Shown here in pieces: positions 1-12,500 of a DNA stretch of 34,957 nt. Under the pieces are notes generated by a model. That model ran no database searches and had not been told where the DNA came from. It was given only the letters and a program-made list of their open reading frames with translations. Every line of letters starts with the position of its first letter. Position 1 is the stretch's first letter. The DNA comes from Utricularia gibba. Its lineage: Eukaryota > Plantae > Magnoliophyta. The stretch lies in NCBI GenBank assembly GCA_002189035.1, contig NEEC01000352.1, forward strand, positions 1-34,957, read 5' to 3'. The translations under genes were made by a program, and so were the position numbers.

Positions 1-3000
1 TATTAGCCTTCAGATGTGCAACGAAGTGGCCACCACATTCGCGAAAATGTGACTCGGGACACCTGACTCGATGCGAATGTGATTTTTCATGCAAGACATA
101 TGTATTTCATGGGACGATGTGAAATTTTTTTCGAGATGATCATTTAAGATGCCATGGGTGTGTCCCTAGCCACAACCTCATGGTGGCCTCGTGCACTCTT
201 CGGTATCGAGTGGATATCTTGCAGGTGATGAGTCATGTTGCACATAGCATACCGTTTCGAAGCTCGTTCCGAGCCGGTCTTCTTTCGTGTTGAGAACTTG
301 TTCGTCCGAGGAGGCACAAATGCTCGAAAGATTGCCTTATATTAGCCTTCAGATGTGCAACGAAGTGGCCACCACGTTCGCGAAAATGTGACTCGGGACA
401 CCTGACTCGATGCGAATGTGATTTTTGACATGCAAGTATTTCATGGACGATGTGAAATTTTGATTTCGAGATGATCATTTAAGATGCCATGGGTGTGTCC
501 TAGCCACACCTCATGGTGGCCTCGTGCACTCTTCGGTATCGAGTGGATATCTTGCAAACGGTGATGAGTCATGTTGCACATATCATACCGTTTCGAAGCT
601 CGTTCCGAGCCGGTCTTTTTTTGTTGAGAACTTGTTCGTCCGAGAGGCACAAATGCTCGAAAGATTGCCTTATATTAGCCTTCAGATGTGCAACGAAGTG
701 GCCACCACGTTCGCGAAAATGTGACTCGGGACACCTGACTCGATGCGAATGTGATTTTTGACATGCAAGACATATGTATTTCATGGACGATGTGAAATTT
801 GATTTCGAGATGATCATTTAAGATGCCATGGTGTGTCCCTAGCCACAACCTCATGGTGGCCTCGTGCACTCTTCGGTATCGAGTGGATATCTTGCAAATG
901 GTGATGAGTCATGTTGCACATAGCATACCGTTTCGAAGCTCGTTCCGAGCCGGTCTTCTTTCGTGTTGAGACTTGTTCGTCCGAGGAGGCACAAATGCTC
1001 GAAAGATTGCCTTATATTAGCCTTCAGATGTGCAACGAAGTGGCCACCACGTTCGCGAAAATGTGACTCGGGACACCTGACTCGATGCGAATGTGATTTT
1101 TGGCATGCAAGACGTATGTATTTCATGGGACGATGTGAAATTTGGATTTCGAGATGATCATTTAAGATGCCATGGGTGTGTCCCTAGCCACAACCTCATG
1201 GTGGCCTCGTGCACTCTTCGGTATCGAGTGGATATCTTGCAAATGGTGATGAGTCATGTTGCACACATACCGTTTCGAAGCTCGTTCCGAGCCGGTCTTC
1301 TTTCGTGTTGAGAACTTGTTCGTCCGAGGAGGCACAAATGCTCGAAAGATTGCCTTATATTAGCCTTCAGATGTGCAACGAAGTGGCCACCACGTTCGCG
1401 AATGTGACTCGCCGACTCGATGCGAATGTGATTTTGACATGCAAGACATATGTATTTCATGGGACGATGTGAAATTTTTTTCGAGATGATCATTTAAGAT
1501 GCCATGGGTGTGTCCTAGCCACAACCTCATGGTGGCCTCGTGCACTCTTCGGTATCGAGTGGATATCTGGTGATGAGTCATGTTGCACATAGCATACCGT
1601 TTCGAAGCTCGTTCCGAGCCGGTCTTCTTTCGTGTTGAGAACTTGTTCGTCCGAGGAGGCACAAATGCTCGAAAGATTGCCTTATATTAGCCTTCAGATG
1701 TGCAACGAAGTGGCCACCACGTTCGCGAAAATGTGACTCGGGACACCTGACTCGATGCGAATGTGATTTTTGACATGCAAGACATATGTATTTCATGGAC
1801 GATGTGAAATTTGATTTCAGATGATCATTTAAGATGCCATGGTGTGTTAGCCACAACCTCATGGTGGCCTCGTGCACTCTTCGGTATCGATGGATATCTT
1901 TGGTGATGAGTCATGTTGCACATAGCATACCGTTTCGAAGCTCGTTCCGAGCCGGTCTTCTTTCGTGTTGAGAACTTGTTCGTCCGAGGAGGCACAAATG
2001 CTCGAAAGATTGCCTTATATTAGCCTTCAGAAAACGAAGTTTCGCGAAAATGTGACTCGGGACGACTCGATGCGAATGTGATTTTGACATGCAAGACATA
2101 TGTATTTCATGGGACGATGTGAAATTTTGGATTTCGAGATGATCATTTAATGGGTGTCTAGCCACAACCTCATGGTGGCCTCGTGCACTCTTCGGTATCG
2201 AGTGGATATCTTGCAACGGTGATGAGTCATGTTGCACATACATACCGTTTCGAAGCTCGTTCCGAGCCGGTCTTCTTTCGTGTTGAGAACTTGTTCGTCC
2301 GAGGAGGCACAAATGCTCGAAAGATTGCCTTATATTAGCCTTCAGATGTGCAACGAAGTGGCCACCACGTTCGCGATGACTCGGGACACCTGACTCGATG
2401 CGAATGTGATTTTTGACATGCAAGACATATGTATTTCATGGACGATGTGAAATTTTGATTTCGAGATGATCATTTAAGATGCCATGGGTGTGTGAGCCAC
2501 AACCTCATGGTGGCCTCGTGCACTCTTCGGTATCGAGTGGATATCTTGCAAATGGTGATGAGTCATGTTGCACATATCATACCGTTTCGAAGCTCGTTCC
2601 GAGCCGGTCTTCTTTCGTGTTGAGACTTGTTCGTCCGAGGAGGCACAAATGCTCGAAAGATTGCCTTATATTAGCCTTCAGATGTGCAACGAAGTGGCCA
2701 CCACTTCGCGAAAATGTGACTCGGGACACCTGACTCGATGCGAATGTGATTTTCCATGCAAGACGTATGTATTTCATGGGACGATGTGAAATTTAGATTT
2801 CGAGATGATCATTTAAGATGCCATGGGTGTGTCCCTAGCCACAACCTCATGGTGGCCTCGTGCACTCTTCGGTATCGAGTGGATATCTTGCAAATGGTGA
2901 TGAGTCATGTTGCACATAGCATACCGTTTCGAAGCTCGTTCCGAGCCGGTCTTCTTTCGTGTTGAGAACTTGTTCGTCCGAGGAGGCACAAATGCTCGAA

Positions 3001-6000
3001 AGATTGCCTTATATTAGCCTTCAGATGTGCAACGAAGTGGCCACCACGTTCGCGACTCGGGACACCTGACTCGATGCGAATGTGATTTTTGACATGCAAG
3101 ACATATGTATTTCATGGACGATGTGAATTTGATTTCGAGATGATCATTTAAGATGCCATGGGTGTGTTAGCCACAACCTCATGGTGGCCTCGTGCACTCT
3201 TCGGTATCGAGTGGATATCTTGCAAGGTGATGAGTCATGTTGCACATAGCATACCGTTTCGAAGCTCGTTCCGAGCCGGTCTTCTTTCGTGTTGAGAACT
3301 TGTTCGTCCGAGGAGGCACAAATGCTCGAAAGATTGCCTTATATTAGCCTTCAGATGTGCAACGAAGTGGCCACCACGTTCGCGACTCGGGACACCTGAC
3401 TCGATGCGAATGTGATTTTTGACATGCAAGACATATGTATTTCATGGGACGATGTGAAATTTTGATTTCGAGATGATCATTTAAGGGTGTGTCCCTAGCC
3501 ACAACCTCATGGTGGCCTCGTGCACTCTTCGGTATCGAGTGGATATCTTGCAAACGGTGATGAGTCATGTTGCACATATCATACCGTTTCGAAGCTCGTT
3601 CCGAGCCGGTCTTCTTTCGTGTTGAGAACTTGTTCGTCCGAGGAGGCACAATGCTCGAAAGATTGCCTTATATTAGCCTTCAGATGTGCAACGAAGTGGC
3701 CACCACGTTCGCGAAAATGTGACTCGGGACACCTGACTCGATGCGAATGTGATTTTGACATGCAAGACATATGTATTTCATGGGACGATGTGAAATTTTT
3801 TTCGAGATGATCATTTAAGATGCCATGGGTGTGTCCCTAGCCACAACCTCATGGTGGCCTCGTGCACTCTTCGGTATCGAGTGGATATCTTGCAAACGGT
3901 GATGAGTCATGTTGCACATATCATACCGTTTCGAAGCTCGTTCCGAGCCGGTCTTCTTTCGTGTTGAGAACTTGTTCGTCCGAGGAGGCACAATGCTCGA
4001 AAGATTGCCTTATATTAGCCTTCAGATGTGCAACGAAGTGGCCACCACGTTCGCGATGTGACTCGGGACACCTGACTCGATGCGAATGTGATTTTTGACA
4101 TGCAAGACATATGTATTTCATGGACGATGTGAAATTTTGGATTTCGAGATGATCATTTAAGATGCCATGGTGTGTCCCTAGCCACAACCTCATGGTGGCC
4201 TCGTGCACTCTTCGGTATCGAGTGGATATCTTGCAAACGGTGATGAGTCATGTTGCACATATCATACCGTTTCGAAGCTCGTTCCGAGCCGGTCTTCTTT
4301 CGTGTTGAGAACTTGTTCAGAGGCACAAATGCTCGAAAGATTGCCTTATATTAGCCTTCAGATGTGCAACGAAGTGGCCACCACGTTCGCGAAATGTGAC
4401 TCGGACACCTGACTCGATGCGAATGTGATTTTTGACATGCAAGACGTATGTATTTCATGGGACGATGTGAAATTTTTTCGAGATGATCATTTAAGATGCC
4501 ATGGGTGTGTCCCTAGCCACAACCTCATGGTGGCCTCGTGCACTCTTCGGTATCGAGTGGATATCTTGCAAACGGTGATGAGTCATGTTGCACATACATA
4601 CCGTTTCGAAGCTCGAAGCCGGTCTTCTTTCGTGTTGAGAACTTGTTCGTCCGAGGAGGCACAAATGCTCGAAAGATTGCCTTATATTAGCCTTCAGATG
4701 TGCAACGAAGTGGCCACCACGTTCGCGAAAATGTGACTCGGGACACCGACTCGATGCGAATGTGATTTTTGACATGCAAGACATATGTATTTCATGGACG
4801 ATGTGAAATTTGATTTCGAGATGATCATTTAAGATGCCATGGTGTGTCCCTAGCCACAACCTCATGGTGGCCTCGTGCACTCTTCGGTATCGAGTGGATA
4901 TCTTTGGTGATGAGTCATGTTGCACATAGCATACCGTTTCGAAGCTCGTTCCGAGCCGGTCTTCTTTCGTGTTGAGAACTTGTTCGTCCGAGGAGGCACA
5001 AATGCTCGAAAGATTGCCTTATATTAGCCTTCAGATGTGCAACGAAGTGGCCACCACGTTCGCGAAAATGTGACTCGGGACACCTGACTCGATGCGAATG
5101 TGATTTTCATGCAACATATGTATTTCATGGACGATGTGAAATTTGATTTCGAGATGATCATTTAAGATGCATGGGTGTGTCCCTAGCCACAACCTCATGG
5201 TGGCCTCGTGCACTCTTCGGTATCGAGTGGATATCTTGCAAACGGTGATGAGTCATGTTGCACATATCATACCGTTTCGAAGCTCGTTCCGAGCCGGTCT
5301 TCTTTCGTGTTGAGAACTTGTTCGTCCGAGGAGGCAAAATGCTCGAAAGATTGCCTTATATTAGCCTTCAGATGTGCAACGAAGTGGCCACCACGTTCGC
5401 GATGTGACTCGGGACACCGACTCGATGCGAATGTGATTTTTGACATGCAAGACATATGTATTTCATGGGACGATGTGAAATTTTGGATTTCGAGATGATC
5501 ATTTAAGATGCCATGGTGTGTCGCCACAACCTCATGGTGGCCTCGTGCACTCTTCGGTATCGAGTGGATATCTTGCAAACGGTGATGAGTCATGTTGCAC
5601 ATATCATACCGTTTCGAAGCTCGTTCCGAGCCGGTCTTCTTTCGTGTTGAGAACTTGTTCGTCCGAGGAGGCACAAATGCTCGAAAGATTGCCTTATATT
5701 AGCCTTCAGATGTGCAACGAAGTGGCCACCACGTTCGCGAAAATGACTCGGGACACCTGACTCGATGCGAATGTGATTTTGACATGCAAGACATATGTAT
5801 TTCATGGACGATGTGAAATTTGGATTTCGAGATGATCATTTAAGATGCCATGGTGTGTTAGCCACAACCTCATGGTGGCCTCGTGCACTCTTCGTATCGA
5901 GTGGATATCTTGCAAACGGTGATGAGTCATGTTGCACATAGCATACCGTTTCGAAGCTCGTTCCCGTGTTGAGAACTTGTTCGTCCGAGGAGGCACAAAT

Positions 6001-7800
6001 GCTCGAAAGATTGCCTTATTAGCCTTCAGATGTGCAACGAAGTGGCCACCACGTTCGTGTGACTCGGGACACCTGACTCGATGCGAATGTGATTTTTGAC
6101 ATGCAAGACATATGTATTTCATGGACGATGTGAAATTTCAGATTTCGAGATGATCATTTAAGATGCCATGGGTGTGTCCTAGCCACAACCTCATGGTGGC
6201 CTCGTGCACTCTTCGGTATCGAGTGGATATCTTGCAAACGGTGATGAGTCATGTTGCACATATCATACCGTTTCGAAGCTCGTTCCGAGCCGGTCTTCTT
6301 TCGTGTTGAGAACTTGTTCGTCCGAGGAGGCACAAATGCTCGAAAGATTGCCTTATATTAGCCTTCAGATGTGCAACGAAGTGGCCACCACGTTCGCGAA
6401 TGTGACTCGGGACACCGACTCGATGCGAATGTGATTTTTGACATGCAAGACATATGTATTTCATGGGACGATGTGAAATTTGGATTTCGAGATGATCATT
6501 TAAGATGCCATGGGTGTGTTAGCCACAACCTCATGGTGGCCTCGTGCACTCTTCGGTATCGAGTGATATCTTGCAAACGGTGATGAGTCATGTTGCACAT
6601 ATCATACGTTTCGAAGCTCGTTCCGAGCCGTCTTCTTTCGTGTTGAGAACTTGTTCGTCCGAGGAGGCACAAATGCTCGAAAGATTGCCTTATATTAGCC
6701 TTCAGATGTGCAACGAAGTGGCCACCACGTTCGCGAAAATGTGACTCGGGACACCTGACTCGATGCGAATGTGATTTTGACATGCAAGACGTATGTATTT
6801 CATGGACGATGTGAAATTTTGATTTCGAGATGATCATTTAAGATGCCATGGGTGTGTCCCTAGCCACAACCTCATGGTGGCCTCGTGCACTCTTCGGTAT
6901 CGAGTGGATATCTTGCAAACGGTGATGAGTCATGTTGCACATAGCATACCGTTTCGAAGCTCGTTCCGAGCCGGTCTTCTTTCGTGTTGAGAACTTGTTC
7001 GTCCGAGGAGGCACAAATGCTCGAAAGATTGCCTTATATTAGCCTTCAGATGTGCAACGAAGTGGCCACCACGTTCGCGAAAATGTGACTCGGGACACCT
7101 GACTCGATGCGAATGTGATTTTGACATGCAAGACATATGTATTTCATGGGACGATGTGAAATTTGTTTCGAGATGATCATTTAAGATGCCATGGGTGTGT
7201 CCCTAGCCACAACCTCATGGTGGCCTCGTGCACTCTTCGGTATCGAGTGGATATCTTGCAAATGGTGATGAGTCATGTTGCACATAGCATACCGTTTCGA
7301 AGCTCGTTCCGAGCCGGTCTTCTTTCGTGTTGAGAACTTGTTCGTCCGAGGAGGCACAAATGCTCGAAAGATTGCCTTATATTTCAGATGTGCAACGAAG
7401 TGGCCACCACGTTCGCGAAAATGTGACTCGGGACACCTGACTCGATGCGAATGTGATTTTGACATGCAAGACATATGTATTTCATGGACGATGAAATTTT
7501 GGATTTCGAGATGATCATTTAAGATGCCATGGGTGTGTCCTAGCCACAACCTCATGGTGGCCTCGTGCACTCTTCGGTATCGAGTGGATATCTTGCAAAC
7601 GGTGATGAGTCATGTTGCACATAGCATACCGTTTCGAAGCTCGTTCCGAGCCGGTCTTCTTTCGTGTTGAGAACTTGTTCGTCCGAGGAGGCACAAATGC
7701 TCGAAAGATTGCCTTATATTAGCCTTCAGATGTGCAACGAAGTGGCCACCACGTTCGCGAAAATGTGACTCGGGACACCTGACTCGATGCGAATGTGATT
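1..7800. repeat. Variant domain I of the array
   Basis: Copies almost all read GCAAGAC(A/G)TATG. They lack AAATTTCGG, CATGTGAC, TGTGGCTAG, CATCGG, CCAGG and GAGGCTGC. The boundary is approximate, and this is the noisiest part of the window. Confidence 0.6.
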
Positions 7801-8980
7801 TGACATGCAAGACATATGTATTTCATGGACGATGTGAATTTCGGATTTCGAGATGATCATTTAAGATGCCATGGTGTGTCCCTAGCCACAACCTCATGGT
7901 GGCCTCGTGCACTCTTCGGTATCGAGTGGATATCTTGCAAATGGTGATGAGTCATGTTGCACATATCATACCGTTTCGAAGCTCGTTCCGAGCCGGTCTT
8001 CTTTCGTGTTGAGAACTTGTTCGTCCGAGGAGGCACAAATGCTCGAAAGATTGCCTTATATTAGCCTTCAGATGTGCAACGAAGTGGCCACTTCGCGAAA
8101 ATGTGACTCGGGAGACTCGATGCGAATGTGATTTTTGACATGCAAACATATGTATTTCATGGACGATGTGAAATTTGATTTCGAGATGATCATTTAAGAT
8201 GCCATGGGTGTGTCCTAGCCACAACCTCATGGTGGCCTCGTGCACTCTTCGGTATCGAGTGGATATCTTGCAAACGGTGATGAGTCATGTTGCACATAGC
8301 ATACCGTTTCGAAGCTCGTTCCGAGCCGGTCTTCTTTCGTGTTGAGAACTTGTTCGTCCGAGGAGGCACAAATGCTCGAAAGATTGCCTTATATTAGCCT
8401 TCAGATGTGCAACGAAGTGGCCACCACGTTCGCGAAATGTGACTCGGACACCTGACTCGATGCGAATGTGATTTTTGACATGCAAACATATGTATTTCAT
8501 GGGACGATGTGAAATTTGGATTTCGAGATGATCATTTAAGATGCCATGGGTGTGTCCCTAGCCACAACCTCATGGTGGCCTCGTGCACTCTTCGGTATCG
8601 AGTGGATATCTTGCAAACGGTGATGAGTCATGTTGCACATATACCGTTTCGAAGCTCGTTCCGAGCCGTCTTCTTTCGTGTTGAGAACTTGTTCGTCCGA
8701 GGAGGCACAAATGCTCGAAAGATTGCCTTATATTAGCCTTCAGATGTGCAACGAAGTGGCCACCACGTTCGCGAATGTGACTCGGGACACCTGACTCGAT
8801 GCGAATGTGATTTTTGACATGCAAGACATATGTATTTCATGGACGATGTGAAATTTGGATTTCGAGATGATCATTTAAGATGCCATGGGTGTGTAGCCAC
8901 AACCTCATGGTGGCCTCGTGCACTCTTCGGTATCGAGTGGATATCTTGCAAACGGTGATGAGTCATGTTGCACATAGCAT

Positions 8981-9022
8981 ACCGTTTCGAAGCTCGTTCC
9001 GACCGTTTCGAAGCTCGTTCCG
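8981..9022 (+). repeat. Perfect 21-bp tandem duplication within one monomer
   Basis: ACCGTTTCGAAGCTCGTTCCG occurs at 8981-9001 and again at 9002-9022. It is single-copy in all other intact monomers. Confidence 0.85.
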
Positions 9023-9228
9023 AGCCGGTCTTCTTTCGTGTTGAGAACTTGTTCGTCCGAGGAGGCACAAATGCTCGAAAGATTGCCTTATATTAGCCTT
9101 CAGATGTGCAACGAAGTGGCCACCACATTCGCGAAAATGTGACTCGGGACACCTGACTCGATGCGAATGTGATTTTTGACATGCAACGTATGTATTTCAT
9201 GGACGATGTGAAATTTTGATTTCGAGAT

Positions 9229-9575
9229 GATCATTTAAGATGCCATGGGTGTGTCCCTAGCCACAACCTCATGGTGGCCTCGTGCACTCTTCGGTATCGA
9301 GTGGATATCTTGCAAACGGTGATGAGTCATGTTGCACATATCATACCGTTTCGAAGCTCGTTCCGAGCCGGTCTTCTTTCGTGTTGAGAACTTGTTCGTC
9401 CGAGGAGGCACAAATGCTCGAAAGATTGCCTTATATTAGCCTTCAGATGTGCAACGAAGTGGCCACCACGTTCGCGAAAATGTGACTCGGGACACCTGAC
9501 TCGATGCGAATGTGATTTTTGACATGCAAAACATATGTATTTCATGTGACGATGTGAAATTTCGGATTTCGAGAT
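9229..9575 (+). repeat. Representative intact 347-bp monomer (X-type variant)
   Basis: Runs from GATCATTTAAGATGCCATGGGTGTGTCCCTAGCC through GCAAACGGTGATGAGTCATG, CCGAGGAGGCAC, GTGGCCACCACGTTCGCGAAAATGTG and GCAAAACATATG to GAAATTTCGGATTTCGAGAT, between consecutive anchors at 9229 and 9576. A hand count of the consensus gives 87 G + 76 C (47% GC) and 23 CpG. Confidence 0.95.
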
Positions 9576-12500
9576 GATCATTTAAGATGCCATGGGTGTG
9601 TCCTAGCCACAACCTCATGGTGGCCTCGTGCACTCTTCGGTATCGAGTGGATATCTTGCAAACGGTGATGAGTCATGTTGCACATATCATACCGTTTCGA
9701 AGCTCGTTCCGAGCCGGTCTTCTTTCGTGTTGAGAACTTGTTCGTCCGAGGAGGCACAAATGCTCGAAAGATTGCCTTATATTAGCCTTCAGATGTGCAA
9801 CGAAGTGGCCACCACGTTCGCGAAAATGTGACTCGGGACACCTGACTCGATGCGAATGTGATTTTTGACATGCAAGACGTATGTATTTCATGGGACGATG
9901 TGAAATTTAGATTTCGAGATGATCATTTAAGATGCCATGGGTGTGTCCCTAGCCACAACCTCATGGTGGCCTCGTGCACTCTTCGGTATCGAGTGGATAT
10001 CTTGCAAACGGTGATGAGTCATGTTGCACATATCATACCGTTTCGAAGCTCGTTCCGAGCCGGTCTTCTTTCGTGTTGAGAACTTGTTCGTCCGAGGAGG
10101 CACAAATGCTCGAAAGATTGCCTTATATTAGCCTTCAGATGTGCAACGAAGTGGCCACCACGTTCGCGAAAATGTGACTCGGGACACCTGACTCGATGCG
10201 AATGTGATTTTTGACATGCAAGACATATGTATTTCATGACGATGTGAAATTTGGATTTCGAGATGATCATTTAAGATGCCATGGGTGTGTCCTAGCCACA
10301 ACCTCATGGTGGCCTCGTGCACTCTTCGGTATCGAGTGGATATCTTGCAAACGGTGATGAGTCATGTTGCTACCGTTTCGAAGCTCGTTCCGAGCCGGTC
10401 TTCTTTCGTGTTGAGAACTTGTTCGTCCGAGGAGGCACAAATGCTCGAAAGATTGCCTTATATTAGCCTTCAGATGTGCAACGAAGTGGCCACCACGTTC
10501 GCGAAAATGTGACTCGGGACACCTGACTCGATGCGAATGTGATTTTTGACATGCAAGACATATGTATTTCATGGGACGATGTGAAATTTCGATTTCGAGA
10601 TGATCATTTAAGATGCCATGGTGTGTCCCTAGCCACAACCTCATGGTGGCCTCGTGCACTCTTCGGTATCGAGTGGATATCTTGCAAACGGTGATGAGTC
10701 ATGTTGCACATAGCATACCGTTTCGAAGCTCGTTCCGAGCCGGTCTTCTTTCGTGTTGAGAACTTGTTCGTCCGAGGAGGCACAAATGCTCGAAAGATTG
10801 CCTTATATTAGCCTTCAGATGTGCAACGAAGTGGCCACCACGTTCGCGAAAATGTGACTCGGGACACCTGACTCGATGCGAATGTGATTTTTGATGCAAA
10901 CATATGTATTTCATGTGACGATGTGAAATTTCGGATTTCGAGATGATCATTTAAGATGCCATGGGTGTGTGGCTAGCCACAACCTCATGGTGGCCTCGTG
11001 CACTCTTCGGTATCGAGTGGATATCTTGCAAATGGTGATGAGTCATGTTGCACATAGCATACCGTTTCGAAGCTCGTTCCGAGCCGTCTTCTTTCGTGTT
11101 GAGAACTTGTTCGTCCGAGGAGGCACAAATGCTCGAAAGATTGCCTTATATTAGCCTTCAGATGTGCAACGAAGTGGCCACCACGTTCGCGAAAATGTGA
11201 CTCGGGACACCTGACTCGATGCGAATGTGATTTTTGACATGCAAGACATATGTATTTCATGGGACGATGTGAAATTTCGGATTTCGAGATGATCATTTAA
11301 GATGCCATGGGTGTGTCCTAGCCACAACCTCATGGTGGCCTCGTGCACTCTTCGGTATCGAGTGGATATCTTGCAAATGGTGATGAGTCATGTTGCACAT
11401 AGCATACCGTTTCGAAGCTCGTTCCGAGCCGGTCTTCTTTCGTGTTGAGAACTTGTTCGTCCGAGGAGGCACAAATGCTCGAAAGATTGCCTTATATTAG
11501 CCTTCAGATGTGCAACGAAGTGGCCACCACGTTCGCGAAATGTGACTCGGGACACCTGACTCGATGCGAATGTGATTTTTGACATGCAAGACATATGTAT
11601 TTCATGGACGATGTGAAATTTCGGATTTCGAGATGATCATTTAAGATGCCATGGGTGTGTCCCTAGCCACAACCTCATGGTGGCCTCGTGCACTCTTCGG
11701 TATCGAGTGGATATCTTGCAAACGGTGATGAGTCATGTTGCACATATCATACCGTTTCGAAGCTCGTTCCGAGCCGGTCTTCTTTCGTGTTGAGAATTGT
11801 TCGTCCGAGGAGGCACAAATGCTCGAAAGATTGCCTTATATTAGCCTTCAGATGTGCAACGAAGTGGCCACCACGTTCGCGAAAATGTGACTCGGGACAC
11901 CTGACTCGATGCGAATGTGATTTTTGACATGCAAGACATATGTATTTCATGGACGATGTGAAATTTTGGATTTCGAGATGATCATTTAAGATGCCATGGG
12001 TGTGTCCCTAGCCACAACCTCATGGTGGCCTCGTGCACTCTTCGGTATCGAGTGGATATCTTGCAAACGGTGATGAGTCATGTTGCACATATCATACCGT
12101 TTCGAAGCTCGTTCCGAGCCGGTCTTCTTTCGTGTTGAGAACTTGTTCGTCCGAGGAGGCACAAATGCTCGAAAGATTGCCTTATATTAGCCTTCAGATG
12201 TGCAACGAAGTGGCCACCACGTTCGCGAAAATGTGACTCGGACACTGACTCGATGCGAATGTGATTTTTGACATGCAAAACATATGTATTTCATGTGACG
12301 ATGTGAAATTTCGGATTTCGAGATGATCATTTAAGATGCCATGGGTGTGTCCTAGCCACAACCTCATGGTGGCCTCGTGCACTCTTCGGTATCGAGTGGA
12401 TATCTTGCAAACGGTGATGAGTCATGTTGCACATATCATACCGTTTCGAAGCTCGTTCCGAGCCGGTCTTCTTTCGTGTTGAGACTTGTTCGTCCGAGGA

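Noticed and set aside
1100-9200. 5- or 7-monomer higher-order repeat suggested by ACGTATG at 1114, 2765, 4446, 6791 and 9188 (gaps 5,5,7,7)
   Set aside because: Other variant sites do not repeat at those lags, and the region is too noisy to support the call.
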